Source: Tubulanus polymorphus (taxonomy: Eukaryota > Animalia > Nemertea). Taken from it: DNA of 64,000 bases. The position numbers were made by a program, and so were the translations under genes. Positions 61,414 through 64,000 of the stretch are shown one piece after another. Within the stretch, counting starts at the first letter, position 1. Every line of letters begins with the position of its first letter. The notes beneath the pieces are model-generated. The model did no database searches and was not told the DNA's origin. It saw only the letters and a list, made by a program, of their open reading frames with translations. The DNA lies in the NCBI RefSeq assembly GCF_964204645.1, contig NC_134028.1:24920345-24984344 (forward strand), given 5' to 3'.

Positions 61414-64000
61414 CGTAATCCGTGAATTCTAATTAACACCGACGAGATATAGTCTTATCCGCGACGAAACATAATAAATACGTAGGCCAACAAAATATCT
61501 ACGCACGCAGGCTAATGTATGTATCTCAAAATCTAATCATCGTAAAGGACGGAGTGTTGATTCCCCGCTCGTTAACAGGTGTGCGAGTGTCTGTGAGTGT
61601 CTGTGTTTGAGTGTCGCAGCTTCACGACGCTGTTGCTTGCTAAATACACGACAGTTCGTTGCAGCATTCCCCGTATAGTAGGTACATACATATATAGGTA
61701 GACTCGATCAGAACACGCGCGCGCGCGTCATCGTTTTATCATCATCATCATTACGCGTGTAATTTCAAAGGCGGCGCCGCCAGCTACGAACCGCTTGTAT
61801 TTATTATTATCATACTCGATTTTAAAGAAGCATTCGACGATAAAACTGAAAAGCGTTTTGAATATCAGATGACTGCGCGAGAATCGACTAATGAAACTGA
61901 ATGATCAGAAGCGTTTTGAATATCAGGCGGCTGAATAAGTTTTCACGCCGCAATTCGATATCGCACGAAATGTGCTACGACCACCTTAGAATCCTGGCAA
62001 CGCAAGTCGTATAATCAATCAAATAAATTTCCTGCAATATGTATTTTTTTCCAGGCGAACTGCGTTATATCCGTGCATCGCCACAAAATGATTCATCTTA
62101 AGTGCGATATTTGAAAAAATCACGAGAATTGTCTATGACATATTGTATTGTATTTGAAGAATGTTTTCATCCAATATTATCATAAAATTTTGGCATTGAT
62201 CGAAAATTATCGACAAATTTTTACTGAGTACAATTATATAGATTTATGAAGTAAATCGAAAGTATTTTGTAATGCTTGTAAAGCTAATGCAAAATAGATG
62301 CAGACCGTTGTAGTCTCATGGAGCCTAGTGTTAGCAGATGGATGGAAAATCCACGATACAAGTTTCAAGATCTCGTTAAGACGGGCTCTTATGTGTCGAT
62401 ATCATTCATTTTGAATAGAGATTGATTTCTGAAATGATCCTTTCCTCTCGAATCCTGTAGTAAATATTAACCAAGAAAATTCGCAGTTGTGGATATTTTA
62501 CCGTAAACGGCACGGAGTGTTTACTTCCGCTATTTTACCGTACATCGTCGCTGATTGGCTCATTTACACCGCGCATGCGCACAGAGGTGCACGACTTTAC
62601 ACGAAAATTCAAGGAATGTGTGGAGAAACGACGAATAGAGTTCCCGAATGATAAATACCATTTTAGATCTCGTGATTACAAAAACGAGATAACGAATTTA
62701 GAATTTTGTTAATGTTATTTTTGTATTTGACAAATGATATTCGAAAGCAAATCCACTAGAATCGTCGCAGGATATTGATTGTGATTATCGAAATCATTCT
62801 TGTAACACGGTATGCGCGTCAGACGGCTATGTATTACGAGTTGTAAAAAATATTCCGTACCACTATGTCCGCCGAGTCTGAAAATATAAGTGCGGCGTAG
62901 CAAACACAGTCGAGAGCTCGATATACACTACAATACTCGTTCGTCGCCCTTAACCACTCTACAAGCGACGATAACGGGAATAAATCTCGTTGAAATCTTG
63001 TCGTCGAAAAACGTGGAAATTGATTGCATGAATTCGCAACATTCCGGGCATACAATTTTACGAAATTTGTTTTTCGGGAGATGAAGCCGATTTGCGAAGG
63101 AACTAATCTGTAAATAGCTCATAGTGCAATCGTGCAAACTGAAAGAAACGGAAAGTGTCATTGTTCCGAGGCGGATTACGAAAATCGAATTTCATAGAAT
63201 TGATTAGTAAATATCAGAAAGCTAAATCGTCGATGCAACGATAAACGGTGTAGTTTCCGAGGCAAACTTATAGGCTGTGCTTGTTACGAAAGGGGGTGGT
63301 ATTATCCAATGAGAATACGTGAATAAAGAGATGTGGGATTACAGATGAGTCGTTTATTTTCTCCAGACTAATAATACTACAAGGAGATCATAGAAATATA
63401 AATCATGATAAGGAATATTTACGATATATCAGCCTATACATGAACAAAGAGACGATCGGCCACCTGGCGGTAATAGCTGAAACTATGACTTCAGTACGCC
63501 TGATGATGGCTAATAGTTGTTAGACGAAACGTCGCTCCTAAATATAATCATTCTGACATAGAACTTTTCAATTTTGGCTTCGTTATTGTGGGATTTCCCT
63601 CGTTGCGATTCCAAACTGATTCAGCGCTGAATATCCGTTCACCCATCATTAGATACCCCATCTATTTCATTCGAGATTTAATATGCGCGGCGTTTCGGCG
63701 TCGTTTCTAATAATTCCCTGTGTGAATGCACAACGTAGCTATTGTTTCACGCGCGTACAATTAGGAGAATGACGACGTCTCTTGAGTTATTGCCTGAAGT
63801 GTTCTGTATAAGATGGGACGACGCACAGCTGCGTAAACAAACCGCATATTACAGTCTCCAATCACGACTTGATGTAAACGAATGGACGGACGTTTAATAA
63901 GGACGGGAGCGATTGAAGAGTGTACAGAAAATTAACTTTAATTCGAGAACAATCTAAAAAATCCTTAAAAAAATCTGCGGACCTTGCCAAAGTCCGCGTT

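Overview
AT-rich, intron-rich animal genomic DNA, probably a lophotrochozoan invertebrate (inference only). Most listed ORFs are exon fragments or noise, so gene models were rebuilt by hand from GT-AG sites and frame continuity. Housekeeping genes flank the window: the 3' end of TBCD (+, to 4497), ENGase/GH85 (-, 5598-9815) and a 30-exon BAIAP3/Munc13-4-family gene (-, 28000-61413). Between them lies a ~15 kb accessory block. It holds a 3-exon PD-(D/E)XK-like gene bracketed by ~100-bp direct repeats, an intronless 775-aa orphan multi-pass membrane protein, and a GH3/GHDC gene that is intact except for one in-frame TAG. It also holds two paralogous 8-Cys secreted-peptide genes: one frameshifted in a T-run and capped by a MITE, the other lacking a signal peptide with its 5' flank inverted and absent from the ORF track. 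Three short inverted-repeat element families occur, one with tRNA-like B-box termini, plus (TA)n tracts. All homology calls are by motif recognition; no searches were run.
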